From: Anthoceros angustus
Taxonomy: Eukaryota > Plantae > Anthocerotophyta
Reading direction: 5' to 3'
Assembly: GCA_010909165.1 (NCBI GenBank)
Contig: MU008163.1
Span: forward strand, 310,001 to 374,000
Length of the DNA: 64,000 bases
The first letter of the stretch is position 1. Every line of letters starts with the position of its first letter. The translations under genes were made by a program, and so were the position numbers. The notes under the pieces were generated by a model. It searched no databases, was not told the origin of the DNA, and was given only the letters and a program-made list of their open reading frames with translations. This document shows, in pieces, positions 1 to 10,895 of the stretch.

Positions 1-184
1 GCTGTGGGCTTCGACCTCGTTGCTAGGATTTGAGGCAATTCTCCTGGCATAACCACCTGCAAGGCTTCCACAACGTTGATTGGGTTCCAGCCAGTTTTGA
101 TTGGCTCTGAGACTAGTGGGTGTCTTGGTTTCACGCGGGCATCGGTGTAGGAAAGAATAGTACCTGCACTGTACAAATACTGCG

Positions 185-3100
185 TCAATGTCGATCCCCG
201 CAATTGCAAGATCCATTGACAAAGCGGTGGACACGATGTGCATCTCTGACGATGATCTCTCGATTCTCGAGATTTGACATGATCTTCGTACTACTATGGC
301 AGTCGTTGCACATCCGAAGGTTTTTTGTTACCAGCAAAGTGGCGCCATCCGGAGTATTTAGCAAGCCATACGCCAATGCCAGTTTCTCAGCATGTCCACA
401 CAAGGCATCTTCCTTCTCCTGTTCCGACACTGGCTTCAGCACCAAGGCCGTTTGTGGCACGTGGCCACCTTCCTCCTTCAACCTCGTGTTCACGCTCCGC
501 ACCTTTGATGAGATATCAACCCTGCCTTCTCCCACGGTGAACTCGTGCACTTTGTTGTTCACTTCGATGCCGGCCTTGGCAGGCTTTTTCCGAGCACCTG
601 CAGACTTTCTCATGCTTTCTATCCGATCTACGTCTGTCCTCCTGCCTGCGCTCGCATATATGTTGGCCAAGAGCACGTAGGAACTTGCATGCTCAGGTTC
701 CAATTCTACAAGACGGTCGAAACATCGCCTTCCACGGTCTACGTCTCCATGGTTCTTGCAAGCACTGAGCAAAGATTTCCAGGCCACAAAGTCGTTCTCA
801 AACCTTGTAGATAGGATCATATCTTCAGCCTCTGCGAGATGGCCTGATCTTGCGATTAGGTCAACCATGCAGCTATGGTGCTGATCAGTTGGAACAATGC
901 CATACGTGTCCACCATCGTTCTGAAATATTGCCTGCCTTCAGAGACCAGGCCTGCATGGCTGCATGCCACAAGCAGGCAGATGAAGCTGGTGGCATCTGG
1001 CTGTACACCTTGGTGAAGCATCTCTTCAAAACATTCCATGGCCATTTGCCCGTCACCGTGTTCTGCATAGCCATTGAGCAGGGCACTCCATGTTACCACA
1101 TCTCTTGCTGGCAATCTGTCGAATACCCTTCTGGCGTCCCCCATACTTCCACATTTTGCGTACATGTTCACCAGGGAGTTGCCGACTTGCACGTCTGCAA
1201 GGAGACCCATTTCCTCTATTTGCACATGAAGTCCCTTTCCTTGATGCAGGGCGCCCAAAGTTGCACACGCTTGAAGGAGGCACACAAATGTGACATGGTT
1301 AGCTGGAGTCATGCCCTCTAGCTGCATAGCTGCATAAAGATCCAGTGCTTCCTGCCCCATTCCCTGCTGGGAGTATCCTGCGATCATGGCAGTCCATGTA
1401 ACCACGTCTTTCTTCGTCAGGTTGTCAAAGATGCTGCGAGCATCCTTCAAGCTCCCGCATTTTGCATACATGTCAACCAGGCTGCTGCCAACAGATACAT
1501 CAGCTTCCAGACCACCTGCACGAATCTGCGCGTGAACCTGCTTCCCCTGATGCAGCCGTCCCACAGTGGCGCATGCTTCAAGGAGGGACACAAAAGTAGT
1601 TTGATTGGCCGGAGTCAAGCCATCTGCTTGCATGGTGTCGTACAGATCAAGAGCTTCTTGACCGAGCCCTCGCTGAGCATATCCTGCAATGATCGTATTC
1701 CATGTCACAATATCTCTTGTGCGTAAACCATTAAACACTCTCCGAGCATCCTCCAAGCTACCACATTTCAAATACATTTCAACGAGACAGTTACCAACAA
1801 GTAAATCTCCTTCCAGCCCTCGTTGTTTAACCTGTGTATGAAGGCCCTTGCCCAGGTGCAGAGATTTTAAACTACCGCATGCTTTCAGGAGATAAAGAAA
1901 CGTGACACGATCAGGTGGAGTCATGCCCTCTTGTTGCATGGTACTATACAGAGCAAGGGCTTCCTGTCCAAGCCCATTCTGAGAATATCCTGCAATCATA
2001 GAAGTCCACGTGACCACATTTCTAATGGACATACTGTCAAACACACTTCGAGCTTTCTCCACGCTCCCACATTTGGCATACATCTCCACCAGGCAGCTCC
2101 CAATCAACGGACCAGTTTCCAGTCCCCTTCCACGAATCTGCTCATGTAGCTCCTTTCCCTCAAGAACAGCTTCGATGCCGATGCTCGCACAGGCTTGAAG
2201 CAGGCAGACAAACGTCACTTCACTGGCAGTGACGCCCTCCTCCTTCATCCTTGCATACATGGCGAGTGCATCATGACTCAGCCCCTGCTGCGTATATCCA
2301 GCTATCATGGTGTTCCACGTCACCACATCTCTTGTGGGCAATCCGTCAAATACCCTGCGTGCAGTTTCCAAGCTCCCACACTTTGCATACATGTCAACCA
2401 AGGAGTTTCCCACCAGCAGATCAGTTCCCATTCCCTTGTCCCGTATTCGCTCATGAACCTCCTGTCCTAGATGCAGTGCTCCCACACTACTACATGCTTG
2501 CAGGAGGCACATGAAAGTAGCCGGATTGGCTAAAGCAATTGCCTCTTCCTGCATGCTAGCATACAGGGCCAGGGCTTCTCCACCAAGCCCCTGCTGCGTA
2601 TAACCAGTGATAATGGTATTCCAGGTCACCACATCCCTTGTACCCAAGCTGTCAAATACACTGCGAGCATCATCCACTCTCCCACATTTCGCATACATGT
2701 TCACCAAGCTGTTGCCAACAACGACATCAGCCTGGACAGCACTGGCAACAATATCAGCATGCACCTCCTTGCCAGCAACCAGGTCCTCCGCACTTGCACA
2801 GGCTTTAAGGACTGCCGCGAACACATGATTATCTGCCTCCATACTTGAATCTCGCATCCGTCGATACAGCTCTACAGCCTTCCTGGGCTCTCCATGTCGA
2901 ACGTGGGCCAAAATCAAGCTGGCCCACATATAAGCATCTGGTGCAGTCACTTTGGTAAAGACATGCAATGCATCCTCCAGTTTCCCATGAAAGCCATACA
3001 TTCTGATGATGTGGTTCGCCAAGAATGGGCTTGACTGGTACCCACTTTTCTCAGCAAGAGCATGAACCCGCCTGCCTAGACCCAGGTCCTTCCGTGCCAT

Positions 3101-3649
3101 GCATCTTTTGAGAACACGATAATAGAGAGACTGGCTTACACAGCACCCTCTCTGTACTAGGAGATTTAAACCTTCAACAGCATCCCTCAATTCCCCCTCC
3201 TCACAACGTACATACAATGTCTGAACCATGGCATTCACTTCCGCATGTGCCTTGCAGCCATCTTGTGCTGTCCTTTCTCCAGCATCCCATCTGGCCAGCT
3301 GCAAATCCACCCACCCAGGTTTGTCACGGTTATCCAGCCACAGCGCCTCCTTGGACGTTTTGTGCCTGAAGTCGGGATGACTGGAGCTCCTCTTATCCGG
3401 CCTGTTGTCCCACCACATAGTAGGATCCTGGAAGAAATGCTGCCACAGAAGGTCCTGTCTGTCTGCCTGCACACTCCCCTCACTCCGAACAGCAGAAACC
3501 GTGCACACCACATACTTGCCATTCCTCGACCTCAACGGCGCAGAGGTGGGCTGCGATGCCTCGAGGCGTATCCACTGTTGATTCACCAGAGTCTCAGACT
3601 CGGGGACCGCCCACAAAAAGGCCTGGGAAAACTGAAATGGCAGCGCCAT
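185..3649 (-). CDS. PLS-class PPR RNA-editing factor with N-terminal OSB-type PDF motif and C-terminal E1-E2-DYW:KP (DRH-type) deaminase
   Basis: Single 1154-aa ORF with about 23-24 P/L/S motifs (e.g. VVTWNTIITGY, LVDMYAKCG). E1 is FVAWKSLLSAC and E2 is ASSYVLLANIY. KKPAKAGIEV replaces the PG box, and HAEKLA and KNLRMCNDCH precede the terminal CNCGDRH. The N-terminal motif is LWQHFFQDPTMWWDNRPDKRSSSHPDFRHKTSKEALWLD. Confidence 0.95.
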   Translation of the reverse strand: MALPFQFSQAFLWAVPESETLVNQQWIRLEASQPTSAPLRSRNGKYVVCTVSAVRSEGSVQADRQDLLWQHFFQDPTMWWDNRPDKRSSSHPDFRHKTSKEALWLDNRDKPGWVDLQLARWDAGERTAQDGCKAHAEVNAMVQTLYVRCEEGELRDAVEGLNLLVQRGCCVSQSLYYRVLKRCMARKDLGLGRRVHALAEKSGYQSSPFLANHIIRMYGFHGKLEDALHVFTKVTAPDAYMWASLILAHVRHGEPRKAVELYRRMRDSSMEADNHVFAAVLKACASAEDLVAGKEVHADIVASAVQADVVVGNSLVNMYAKCGRVDDARSVFDSLGTRDVVTWNTIITGYTQQGLGGEALALYASMQEEAIALANPATFMCLLQACSSVGALHLGQEVHERIRDKGMGTDLLVGNSLVDMYAKCGSLETARRVFDGLPTRDVVTWNTMIAGYTQQGLSHDALAMYARMKEEGVTASEVTFVCLLQACASIGIEAVLEGKELHEQIRGRGLETGPLIGSCLVEMYAKCGSVEKARSVFDSMSIRNVVTWTSMIAGYSQNGLGQEALALYSTMQQEGMTPPDRVTFLYLLKACGSLKSLHLGKGLHTQVKQRGLEGDLLVGNCLVEMYLKCGSLEDARRVFNGLRTRDIVTWNTIIAGYAQRGLGQEALDLYDTMQADGLTPANQTTFVSLLEACATVGRLHQGKQVHAQIRAGGLEADVSVGSSLVDMYAKCGSLKDARSIFDNLTKKDVVTWTAMIAGYSQQGMGQEALDLYAAMQLEGMTPANHVTFVCLLQACATLGALHQGKGLHVQIEEMGLLADVQVGNSLVNMYAKCGSMGDARRVFDRLPARDVVTWSALLNGYAEHGDGQMAMECFEEMLHQGVQPDATSFICLLVACSHAGLVSEGRQYFRTMVDTYGIVPTDQHHSCMVDLIARSGHLAEAEDMILSTRFENDFVAWKSLLSACKNHGDVDRGRRCFDRLVELEPEHASSYVLLANIYASAGRRTDVDRIESMRKSAGARKKPAKAGIEVNNKVHEFTVGEGRVDISSKVRSVNTRLKEEGGHVPQTALVLKPVSEQEKEDALCGHAEKLALAYGLLNTPDGATLLVTKNLRMCNDCHSSTKIMSNLENREIIVRDAHRVHRFVNGSCNCGDRH

Positions 3650-3754
3650 TTCTTCCTATGGATTCATATCAGACACTCCTCTCCCAAATTCCACCGGCTC
3701 TACCGCCGCATTGCTGAGAATTGCAGGCGTCCAATCTCAAGGAAGTGAGCACTG

Positions 3755-3920
3755 GAAGGCCGATTGTAATACAATGCCGGCGAACCACAAACCAAGACTG
3801 TGAAACCTTAGCCATGGACAAACGAAGTTCGTGAAACCGAAAACTTGAAGGCCGATCGTGAGACGATGCTGGCGATCCACAACCAAAGACTTCCAAACTT
3901 TAGCCAGGGACAAACGGAGA
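3755..3920. repeat. Degenerate ~92-bp direct repeat (2 copies) upstream of the DYW:KP gene
   Basis: gaaggccgat...ccacaa..aagact...aa.cttagcca.ggacaaacg.ag starts at 3755 and again at 3847. Confidence 0.6.
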
Positions 3921-4097
3921 TCATGACAAAGTAGCCATGGAGTTGTGATATGAGAATGATCTGTGACAATCAGTCTCTGCCACGGAGCTGTGATTTGGTC
4001 GAAGATGCATGGCAAGCAACTGTGATTGCAAAGGACATTCAAGTTCCAGAGAACGTTCAGATGAGGCGAGAAATCAGAGTGCCTTGGGCGGAGTGTT

Positions 4098-6974
4098 TCA
4101 TTCATATTCATTTTGCGACAAGTATTCCAAGACTTGATAAAGCTTTTCGTGATGTGGGTGCCCACGGTTTCCTACTACAAACGCATGCACTTGATGCTCA
4201 TACTCGACCCAGCTTTGTCCAGGCTCCTTGCATGCGCCTGCTTGCTGTCTCAGCCACTCGATCTCCTTGGCAGACTCCGACATGCCAGCATGAGCATACA
4301 CGTTTGACATGAGCACATACGCAGAACTTTCTTTCGGTTGCAGGCGTACAGCATGTTCAAAGGCCAGTCTTCCCAGTACCACATTGCCGTGCTTTCGGCA
4401 GGCAGCAAGTAAGGACATCCACACTGGTAGAGTAGGTTCCTCTGGCATGTTTGATATGAAATGTTTTGCCTCCGTGAACAGTCCTGCACGGCCCAGAAGG
4501 TCGATCATGCTGCCGTAGTGCTCCATGGTTGCAGAGATACCATAAGTTCTGGTCATGCATTCGAAATACTCCAAGCCTTGTTCCACCATGCCAGCATGAC
4601 TGCATGCTGAGAGCAGTGAAGAAAATGTGACCCCGTCTGGGTTTAGGCCTTCAGCAAGCATCTCCTCAAAGCATGACATGCTTTTGTCGTATTGGCCCTG
4701 ATGGGCATAGCCTGCAATCAGTGCACTCCAAGACCACAAGTTATCATGGGGCAGGGAGTCCAACACATCGCGAGCATCCTGCATGCTTCCACACTTCCCG
4801 TATGCATGAACTAGAGCTGTTGCCACACTAGGACTGGGTTGAAGCCCACTTTGCACAATGTCGTGGTGGATTTGAGAGCATTTGCTGAGAGATCCTATGT
4901 TGCCACATGCCTCCAGAATGGCAACTATTGTTACATCATCTGCTCTCACACCTTCTGCCTGCATCTCAGCATATAGTTGCAATGCCTGTTCTTCTAGACC
5001 CTGCCCAGCAAATCCTGCAAGAATTATATTCCAAGATGTGACATCTCTCTGGCAGAGTTCTTGAAACACATGGTGTGCATCTGTAGGACTCCCGCACTTT
5101 ATGTAATGGCTGATAGCAGCGTTACCTACAAACACGTCCAATACAGAGCCCTTCGAACACGCTTCTGCTAGTATTGTCTTTCCCCGATAAAGACTCTCCA
5201 CTCTGATGGATTGCGCATTCACAGACATAAACTCTTCCTTCTCTGCAAGGCTGCTACATGCTTGAAACACAGTGGCAAACGTACAGTAATCACCACTCAG
5301 GCCATCAGCTTGCATCTGCACAGAAAGCTTCAGAGCTTCCTCTCCTTGCTGGTGTTGAGCATATCCTGCAAGCATTGTATTCCATGAAACTATGTCACGT
5401 CGGGGCAATCTGTCAAAGACATATCGTGCATCCCCTATGCTTCCACACTTTGCATATAGACTGACAAGTGAGTTAGAAACAAACAAGACAGACACATATC
5501 CCCTTTGAGCAGCTTCCGCATGCAAAGCTTTTGCCTTGGAAAGACCTTCCACTTTGATGGATTGCAGATCTAGGATGATGCTGTCCTCTTTTTCCGCAAC
5601 AGTACTACATGCTTGGAGGGCACAAGCAAATGTCCAATCATCTGGAGCAACATTTCTGTCCACCATTTCCCCATACAGTTGCAAAGCCATCCCCCCTTGC
5701 TGCTGCTGAGTGTATCCTGCTATCATAGCAGTCCATGAAACAACATCATGCTGACAAAATCTGAACACATGTTGCGCATCCACCATGCTCCCACACTTTG
5801 CATACATAGTAATGAGACCCGTACAAACAAACAGATCCGACTCATAACCCCTCCAAACTGCTTCTGCGTGGATTGCCCTCCCCTTACACAGCGAGTCCAC
5901 TTTGATGGGCTGCTCATCCAGAATGACACTTTCTTCTTCTTCTGCAAGGCTACTACATGCTTGGAGCACGCTGACAAAAGTCCGATGGTTCGGACTCACT
6001 CCCTCCTCCTGCATCTGCACATAGAACTGCAAAACCTTATGCCCTTGCTTGTGCAGGGCATATCCGGCAAGCATGGCATTCCAGGAAACTACATCTCGGT
6101 GCGAAAATCGGTCAAACACATACCCCGCATCAGCTATGCTTCCACACTTGGCATACATGTCAACCAGAGATGTGCCCACAAACACATCACTCTCACACCC
6201 ACGAATGACGACATCAGCATGGATTCGCTTGCCCTCTCCCAGATCTCCTAAGCTGCCACAGGCTTTCAGCAAGCTCACAAGTATGTAAGTGTTTGGCTGC
6301 ACACCTTCCTCTTGCATCTGCCGGTACCTTCTCAGCGCCTCCTGCCATTGCCCCACCTTAGTGCACCCTGAGATGATGGCTGTCCAAGTGAAAACAGTTC
6401 GGTGCGACAATCTGTCAAACATGCGTACCCCGTCTACAAAGCCCCCACACTTCACCAAAGTGTAGACAACATATTCACCCAAATACCTGTTTGACTCCAG
6501 CCCATTTTTGGTCAGATGATCATGCACCCGCTTGGCCTGAGCCAGTGACTTTCTCTTGGTGCATGACTGCAACAGTTTCTTATACATCTGTACTGAATCC
6601 GCTGCATCCACGGCACCTCGCTGATCCATCTGGAGCAGTGCCTCTTCCACCCTTCCATCCTCACACAGACTATTCAACAACTCTGATTCGGGCTCCTTCT
6701 GCTTCCTGCACGCAGAGAAAGAGCAATCCCAACCTCGTCATTTCTGCTTTCAGCCCAATCAGTCAAGTCACAAACACTCCAGCTCTGCACCACCTCGCTT
6801 CTCAACCTCAGGGACGTTTTGTTGGGTTGCTGGATGCTATTACCGTGTCAGGAATCTCGGAGTCGGGCCATACAGCATTCTTGACCCAACTCCCACTTGC
6901 ATCTGCACATCCAGTCTGCTGCACACCTTACAGCCCAGCGACGGAAGGACCCATGCCTGATGCTGCACCCACAT
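4098..6974 (-). CDS. PLS-class PPR, E+ type (no DYW catalytic part), with extended L (LL-like) motifs
   Basis: The main exon ORF 4098-6705 has PLS repeats and L motifs carrying ~15-aa inserts (SLAEEEESVILDEQPIKVDSLCKG). It ends EPGQSWVE...YLSQNEYE*. A first exon at 6974-6844 (MWVQHQAW...RFLTR) is proposed, joined by a phase-consistent GT-AG intron at 6843-6706. The 5' end is less certain than the body. Confidence 0.9.
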
Positions 6975-7175
6975 AGGTTCCTGCCTGGAGTGTAAGGAAG
7001 TTGGAACATCCCCAAATTCAGACCACAGCTTGGGTCGGAATGGAAGTTCGTGTAGCGTGGTTTTACTGTTCCTGCTCGAAATAGACGCCGGTTTCGTAGA
7101 ACAATCTCCTCAAAGCAAGGCCCTAACGTCTGCAGGCTAAGATGGCGGAGCGGCAAGTGGAGAGCAGAGGCAGGA

Positions 7176-8676
7176 ATGGCCCCTCACGGCTACGGCTACG
7201 GCAGGTCAGCAGGCGGCAGAGCAGGAGGCTCCAGCCATGGCGACACCGACTCATTTCCATTTGTGATGCCATCCGCGTGGACCGCAGCTCTGGCAACGGT
7301 AGGCGTGGTTTCAGCGTTCGGAGGCGTTCTCTGGTTCGTGCGGAGGAGGCAGCGCAGGCGAGCAGTGCGATCTCTCTCCCGCAAGCTCTCCAACTGCGCA
7401 ATCGATGAGGAAGAATGCGAGCTGGAGCTGGTGAAGCAGGGCTCTGGATCTCCCGGCCTTCCTCCCTTGCTCCTCGTCCATGGCGGGTACGTCCAGATTC
7501 TTTCTACCTTCTGCCAGGACCTGCCAGGAGATTGCTCTAACATCTCTGGTCACGGACTGACTGATGTTCAGTACATATATCAAAAGTCCTGTAGGCAGGG
7601 CTGAGCTCGAATGTACTGATGACATTGTGGGTGCAAATGGATGCAGCTACCACGGGGCATGGTGCTGGCAGGAGCACTTGATGGGATGGCTTGCTGAGAG
7701 AGGATGGGCATGCTATGCGGTGAGCTACAGATTCACATACAGTACGGACTTTGCAAGGCCGTTCCTGCCTCCTAGGCTGTTCTTGCACATCCCCGTGCTT
7801 CGCCATGGTTTGTCAGTGGCTTGAGCTTCTGTTCACTGTTCTCCTCACAGGTGAATCTTCCAGGGCGAGGTCAGAGTACGGGGTTCATGCCTACAGTCAC
7901 ACTGAGCCAGTGTGTTCAAGGACTGAATTCTGCTGTCAACAAGATTGCAAAGGACAACCCAGGGAGTCGTCCCCCAATTCTAATAGGCCACTCTGCCGGA
8001 GGTGGAGTTGTACAAGCAGTTGTGGCAGGAAGGCAGGTCCTACCCAAGTCTCGCCGATGGTGGTCTGTGCGCACAGAGACTGAGGTGCCAGCTGTAACAG
8101 CCATAGCTTTGATGGCTTCTTTTCCACCTTTTGGAGGGGGCCCTGCTCTGGTTAGATGGGCATGGAGGAAGAAGGTGGCATTTCTTGTGGGGCTTCTCAC
8201 TTGGAATCTCAAGACTTTGCTTGGCACACCTGCTCTGTTCAAGGAGGTTGGTTTGATCATCACAACGTGCAGCTTAGACGTTTGTCCATGAGCCATCTAG
8301 ATTACAAAAGGTTCACTGACCTGTTCTGCTCTGCACCTGGGTCCAGATGATGCTCTCAGATGATTTCTCTGACGCCGATGAGGTTGCACGGCTACATTCA
8401 TACCTGGAACCTCAGGAATCCTGTCTGCTGCCAATGGGTATGGCCTCGCGTTTTGCCTTTCCACAGAAGTTGAGAGAGGAGGACGTGGCATTGCCTCCAG
8501 CCTTCGTGCTTGGCGGCCTCAGTGATGCCATCTTTACGCCAGAGGAGATCCACAGAACAGCTGAGGAGTGGGGCACACAGGCCTATCTCATCAAAGGTTT
8601 GGCCCATGATGTGATGCTGGATGACCGTTGGGAGAAAGCTGTGACCTTGCTGGATGCCTGGATGAGGAGTGTGTAG
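7176..8676 (+). CDS. Alpha/beta-fold hydrolase with N-terminal membrane anchor (4 exons)
   Basis: Exons 7176-7486, 7647-7719, 7851-8246 and 8347-8676 have GT-AG introns and total 1110 nt in frame. Motifs are LVHGGYHGAWCWQEH, the nucleophile elbow GHSAGG, a candidate Asp in GGLSDAIF and His in GLAHDVML. A hydrophobic segment is followed by RRRQRRR. Confidence 0.85.
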
Positions 8677-8773
8677 AGTAGCCTCCAAGCAGGCATCCTG
8701 TAAATACGGCCTTGGCCAGTTCTTGCTGTTCATCATTCCATTCATGTTGTTGCTGCTGACGGAACTTGTGCCG

Positions 8774-10732
8774 CTACGCTGGTACACCCAGGAGGGAATC
8801 AAGCTCTTGCAACACCTCATATACCTTCAGAATTTCTTTGTGCCTGTTGTCTTCTACCATGAACATATGTACCTCCTGGTTATGATTTATCCATGTCTGA
8901 CCAGGCTGCTTTCTTGCACCTGCTTGTCTTCTCATCTCGTCGACCTCCTTAGCACTGCTCAGCATTCCAGCCTGAGCGTAGATGTGTGACAACATGACAT
9001 ATGCGGCACTCTGACCAGGATCTATCTGAATCAAGCAGTCGAAGGCATGTCTACCAAGCTTTACCTTGCCATATTTCCGGCAGGCTCCCAACAAGGACAT
9101 CCAAACGGACAGACCAGGCTCCAGTGGCATTTGCATCATGAAGTCTTTCACCATGTCGAACAACCCTGCTCGGCCAAGCAAATCTACCACACAAGCATAG
9201 TGCTCGCTAGACGCAGGTATGGCATGTTCTCTGGTCATGGACTCAAAATACCCAAGGCCCTTGCTCACCATGCCGGCATGGCTGCATGCGGAGAGAAGTG
9301 ACACAAATGTGACTCCATCAGGCTGAATTTCTGCTTCTACCATTGCAGCAAAGCATTGGAACACCATCTCAAATTCCCCTTCCCGGGCATATCCTCCAAT
9401 CAGAGCATTCCAGAGGATCAAATCTGGGTTCCGCGACCTGTCGAACACCTGACGAGCATCCACCATGCTCCCACATTTGCCATATGCGTGAATAAGGGCG
9501 GATGTGACAGGAATGCTCTGCTCGAACCCGTGGGCAATAACATCATGGTCGATACGATTACAGGTGTTCAGAGCTCCCAAACTGCTGCATATTCTGAGGA
9601 TGCTCAAAAAAGTAGCCTCTGTTGGTCTCATGCCTTCTGCTTGCATCCGAATGTAGAGCTGCAGAGCCTCCTCGCCCAACTCTTGCTGAGCGTACCCTGC
9701 AATTATCGAATTCCATGAGACCACACCCACATGAGGTAATGAATTAAACACATCCCTTGCATCAAGAATGCTCCCACAGGTGGAGTACATTTTGATGAGA
9801 GTGCTACCAACGAATGAGTCGGATTCATGCCCGCTCAGCAGAACTTCAGCATGTATAGCCTTGCCCTTCCGCAGTGAGTCTACTTTCACTGCTTGCCCGT
9901 CTAGAATGATGCTTGCTTCCCGGGCTGCCACACTGCCACAGGCTTTGATTACACTCACGAATGTCCGATCATTTGGCCTGATACCTCTCTCCTGCATGAC
10001 AACATACAGCTCCAAAGCCTTCTCACCCTCCTCCTGCTCAACATATCCTCCAAGCATGGCATTCCATGACACCATATTGGGATCAGCCAAAGTATCAAAC
10101 ACAAGCCGAGCATCCCCGATGCTCCCACAGCTAGCAAACATATGGATGAGACTACTGCCCACAAACACATTCTTTTGAAAACCTCTTCGGACAGCTTCCC
10201 CCTGAATACCCTTCACCTTCTGCAATGCCTTCACTTTAAGAGCTCGCCCATCCACCACAGTCGTTGCTTCTCTGCTGGCAAGCCTGCTGCACGCTTTCAG
10301 CACACTGACAAAAGTACGATCGTTCGGTGAAACACCAAGATTCTGCATCTCAGCATACAGCTTAAGAGCTTCCTCCTCTTGCGTCTGCCCAGTATATCCC
10401 GAAATCATGGCATTCCATGACACCACAGAGCGCCTGGACATGGTATCAAACACATTCCGTGCATCTGCAACGCTCCCACACTTGGAATACATGCTGATTA
10501 GACTATTCCCTATGCAGACATCAGACTCCCACCTATCCCGAACAATGTCAGCATGCACTCTCCTCCCCTCTTTCAGATCTGCTACGCTGCTGCAGCCTTC
10601 CAGCAGCCTCAGAAACCTCTGCTTCTTCCCCTCCACACACTGTCCTTTCATCTGCTCATAGGTCGTCTCCTTCTCCTGCCCTTGCCTGCCCATCCCACAG
10701 GCTGACATAACCAAACAATGCTTCAAATACAT
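8774..10732 (-). CDS. PLS-class PPR, E+ type, with LL-like motifs
   Basis: 652-aa ORF of PLS repeats with L-motif inserts (REATTVVDGRALKVKALQKV). It ends QPGQTWINH...LDSLLGVPA* and has no HxE or CxxC. The true start is uncertain. Confidence 0.9.
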   Translation of the reverse strand: MYLKHCLVMSACGMGRQGQEKETTYEQMKGQCVEGKKQRFLRLLEGCSSVADLKEGRRVHADIVRDRWESDVCIGNSLISMYSKCGSVADARNVFDTMSRRSVVSWNAMISGYTGQTQEEEALKLYAEMQNLGVSPNDRTFVSVLKACSRLASREATTVVDGRALKVKALQKVKGIQGEAVRRGFQKNVFVGSSLIHMFASCGSIGDARLVFDTLADPNMVSWNAMLGGYVEQEEGEKALELYVVMQERGIRPNDRTFVSVIKACGSVAAREASIILDGQAVKVDSLRKGKAIHAEVLLSGHESDSFVGSTLIKMYSTCGSILDARDVFNSLPHVGVVSWNSIIAGYAQQELGEEALQLYIRMQAEGMRPTEATFLSILRICSSLGALNTCNRIDHDVIAHGFEQSIPVTSALIHAYGKCGSMVDARQVFDRSRNPDLILWNALIGGYAREGEFEMVFQCFAAMVEAEIQPDGVTFVSLLSACSHAGMVSKGLGYFESMTREHAIPASSEHYACVVDLLGRAGLFDMVKDFMMQMPLEPGLSVWMSLLGACRKYGKVKLGRHAFDCLIQIDPGQSAAYVMLSHIYAQAGMLSSAKEVDEMRRQAGARKQPGQTWINHNQEVHMFMVEDNRHKEILKVYEVLQELDSLLGVPA

Positions 10733-10895
10733 CTGTCAAACGTTGGGCTATACAAAGCTGGACATGGGTCCACTCAACCGGATCATCAACAGCCCACAGA
10801 TATGTTATCAGAATCACCTTCACCCTCTCCCCGGTAAATCTCTCACGGTCTCCAGCACATGCAATGCTTTTCACTTCAGGTCGTGACAGGATGAC

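Noticed and set aside
3737-4165. Possible spliced DYW exon downstream of the E+ gene at 4098
   Set aside because: No HxE, CxxC or DYW-like motif in any frame that I could read. The region looks like the promoter of the next gene.
7176-8676. Bacterial-looking hydrolase as a recent horizontal transfer or contaminant
   Set aside because: It has three canonical spliceosomal introns and a composition like its neighbours. Homologous hydrolases are common in plants.
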